Of a stretch of DNA of 64,000 nucleotides, positions 61,665 through 64,000 are shown in pieces. The translations under genes were made by a program, and so were the position numbers. The stretch's first letter is position 1; every line of letters begins with the position of its first letter. Origin of the DNA: Macrostomum lignano (Eukaryota); contig NIVC01000903.1 of assembly GCA_002269645.1 (NCBI GenBank), positions 1-64,000 of the forward strand, given 5' to 3'. The notes under the pieces are model-generated. The model saw only the letters and a program-made list of their open reading frames with translations, did not search any database and was not told the DNA's origin.

Positions 61665-62150
61665 TCCATACAGATCCATGTTTATAATTTTCAGCTTATA
61701 TCCATGGTAGCTTATTGAAATAGCTTCCACTATTTCAAGTCTATAGGCCATGTCAATAATTCCAATTTTATCCACATGGATCTGTGTGAATAATTTTCAA
61801 CTTATCCCCACAGCTAAGATTGTATTATTACATATTGACTTTTGAATTTTGCAAGTCTTATTCGCCTTGATCTTAGGATAATTCGTCATTTCTAAGTGAA
61901 GCTGGCAGCTAATCAAATATTAAAAAAACCTTTTTATGACAAAAAAGTTTTAACAAAGTCACTCAATACTATTTAGTATTTAGTAGTTTATTTAGAAGAT
62001 TTGTAAAACAATAAAAACAAATAGACAGTTTTTGAGTAGATTTATTTTAAGGTTCTCTATTCTAATAAGCTGCCATAGGGATAAGCTAGAAATTATCTAC
62101 ATGGATCTATGTAGATAAAATTGGAATTATTGTCATGGGACTGTAGGGAT
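61665..62150. repeat. Degenerate inverted-repeat (foldback) remnant
   Basis: 62075-62150 is the reverse complement of motifs at 61670-61810 (AATAATTCCAATTTT.ATC.ACAT.GATC). It contains the palindrome ATCTACAT-GGATCT-ATGTAGAT. Confidence 0.5.
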
Positions 62151-64000
62151 AAGCACTCCCTTAATTTTTTTAAACTTTTAATTAAGTTATAACAATGGAA
62201 AACAATAGACAGTTTGTTAAACTACTAAATAAAGAGTTTTAGACATTTTAGTAATGTGCCACCTAGAATAAGATGTTGCCAAAGCCCAAAGGTATTGCAT
62301 AGATGGCAATGATACCATAGAAATTTGTTAAGGTAGGTGTCAAACAGGGCCTTGGCTTGTATTCAATTTGCGCAGTATAGGGTTGAAGTTGCAGAGGTCT
62401 GCCATAGCCCATGGGATATACATTAGGTATAGCAATAGGAATTATCAAAGTAGGTGCTGCAGGGCATCTAGCCATGATTGCTTAGATTAGAAAGAGTTGT
62501 TGCTCAATATTGACAAAAAAGCAAGCAAGGTAAGAAATCCCTCAGAATCCCAGTCCCTCTTACCCTAAGTCCTTTTCAAAAAACAGGGAGTGGTTGCAGG
62601 TTTTGGCCATAGACATAGCCAATAGCCATCTCAAACTAATAGATATAAACATAAATTGACAAACTACCAAGTCTAAACCAATGAATGTTTAATTGCAGTT
62701 ACTAAGGAAATCATTATTTTTAAAAATTATTAAATATATAAAACTAAACTCTAGAAGATAGCCAAGTTCTGCTATCTGTTAAATGGTCCCTTTTGTAATT
62801 GGCCTAGGCCTAAGCTAAGTTTTAAGAATACATGGTCCATAGAATCCATTGGCTAGCTTATTGTATAGCTTTTTTATAATTGCCTCTAAGTATTATAGCA
62901 TTATAGCTTCTCAAAGGCCTATATTAGCATCTTTCTCCTTTTTTAAGGGACCAGGCAGTAGTAGCAGTAGAGAAAGTTTGGGTTGACACTAGAGGTTGGA
63001 TAGGATTGAAATCATTAGGCAAGATAAGGATTGGGATTTTTTTTCAAGATTAAGATTGGTAATTGGATATTATATTATAGCATAGGTCTGACAATGGTGA
63101 CAAATCTGAATTTTTGTCTAGACAATAAGTGCAATCCATAACAAAGGCCTAGTCCTAGACAGTGCAAAACAAGGTATCTATTTTATACTTTTTTTATTAA
63201 ATAAGCCATATTTTAGTATATAAGATAATTTTTTAGTATATACATATAAAAATCTAATATAGATTGGATAAGGTATCTTTTCTTCGCATTTATAGAAAGT
63301 ATAATTAAAGAGAGATATTTTATATGCCTAGCTTATCTCTATAGACATAGTCCCTTATTAGAATAAATTTTATAAATATGCATTTGCATTGGCCTATTAA
63401 AGCCTAGCATAAAGGCTATGTCAAAAGGTTATAGATAGAGTAAAAAAAGACTTCTAATGGATAAACATTTTCTATGCTATTATATAGATGCATATCAAAA
63501 ATTGCTTTATGTCATATGGATAGCAATATCTAGCAATGTCTATCCCTACCAAGCAGCAATATCCATCCCTATTGCACTACCAAGGGCCAATTCACACTAG
63601 ACACTTTTTGCAATAATGGCCATTGGCTACAATTGAGATATCTATATTGTACCCATATTATAAGCCATATTGTAGCTAGCTATTAGATGATTTGTCAAAA
63701 AGACAAACCTTGTCAAAGTGATTCAATATGTTGAAGAAAACTAAAAAAAGGCCAATAATGGGCTATTATTTATAATTTGCTATACTGTGCCATCTTGGAC
63801 CTATTTATATCTATTGTTTCCTTCCTATATATTAAAAATGAATTGTTTTTATCTATCTTCATTTTCTATAAAAATGATAAATAGACAAATCTAGACTAAT
63901 TTTTAGACCTAGATCTAATTTGACAAGTGTCAAAATGAATTTTGTTATTTCTTTATTTGTAAGGTTGTAAAACTAGACTCTGATATGGATATATCTAAAG

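Noticed and set aside
62263-62475. 70-aa minus-strand ORF
   Set aside because: No recognisable motif or supported splice partners; lies in decayed CpG-free sequence.

Overview
Eukaryotic (metazoan) genomic DNA. GC/CpG-rich exons separated by introns packed with minisatellites suggest a free-living flatworm such as Macrostomum (inference from style only). In order, the window holds: (1) a Helitron-superfamily Rep-helicase with the Helentron/HLE2-type HUH signature, split by at least one frameshift and followed within ~30 bp by a ~6-kb 15-bp satellite with higher-order repeats; (2) an unannotated spliced single-pass membrane-protein gene (-), whose intron holds a 32-bp minisatellite and a deleted Tc1/mariner element; (3) a 4-exon coronin (+); (4) a 7-exon ARMC2 (-) with one frameshift; (5) an intergenic stretch with a 30-bp-phased TTCNNNGAA array, a CORE-SINE, a 15-bp satellite and a hAT/Charlie MITE with a perfect 8-bp TSD; (6) a 19-exon anoctamin/TMEM16 (-). 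Notable non-gene signals are sharply bounded CpG-free tracts at the 5' parts of the genes, two MITE families whose internal repeats expand differently in each copy, and a different minisatellite in most large introns. All exon models were built by hand from GT-AG sites and phase matching; nothing was checked by database search.
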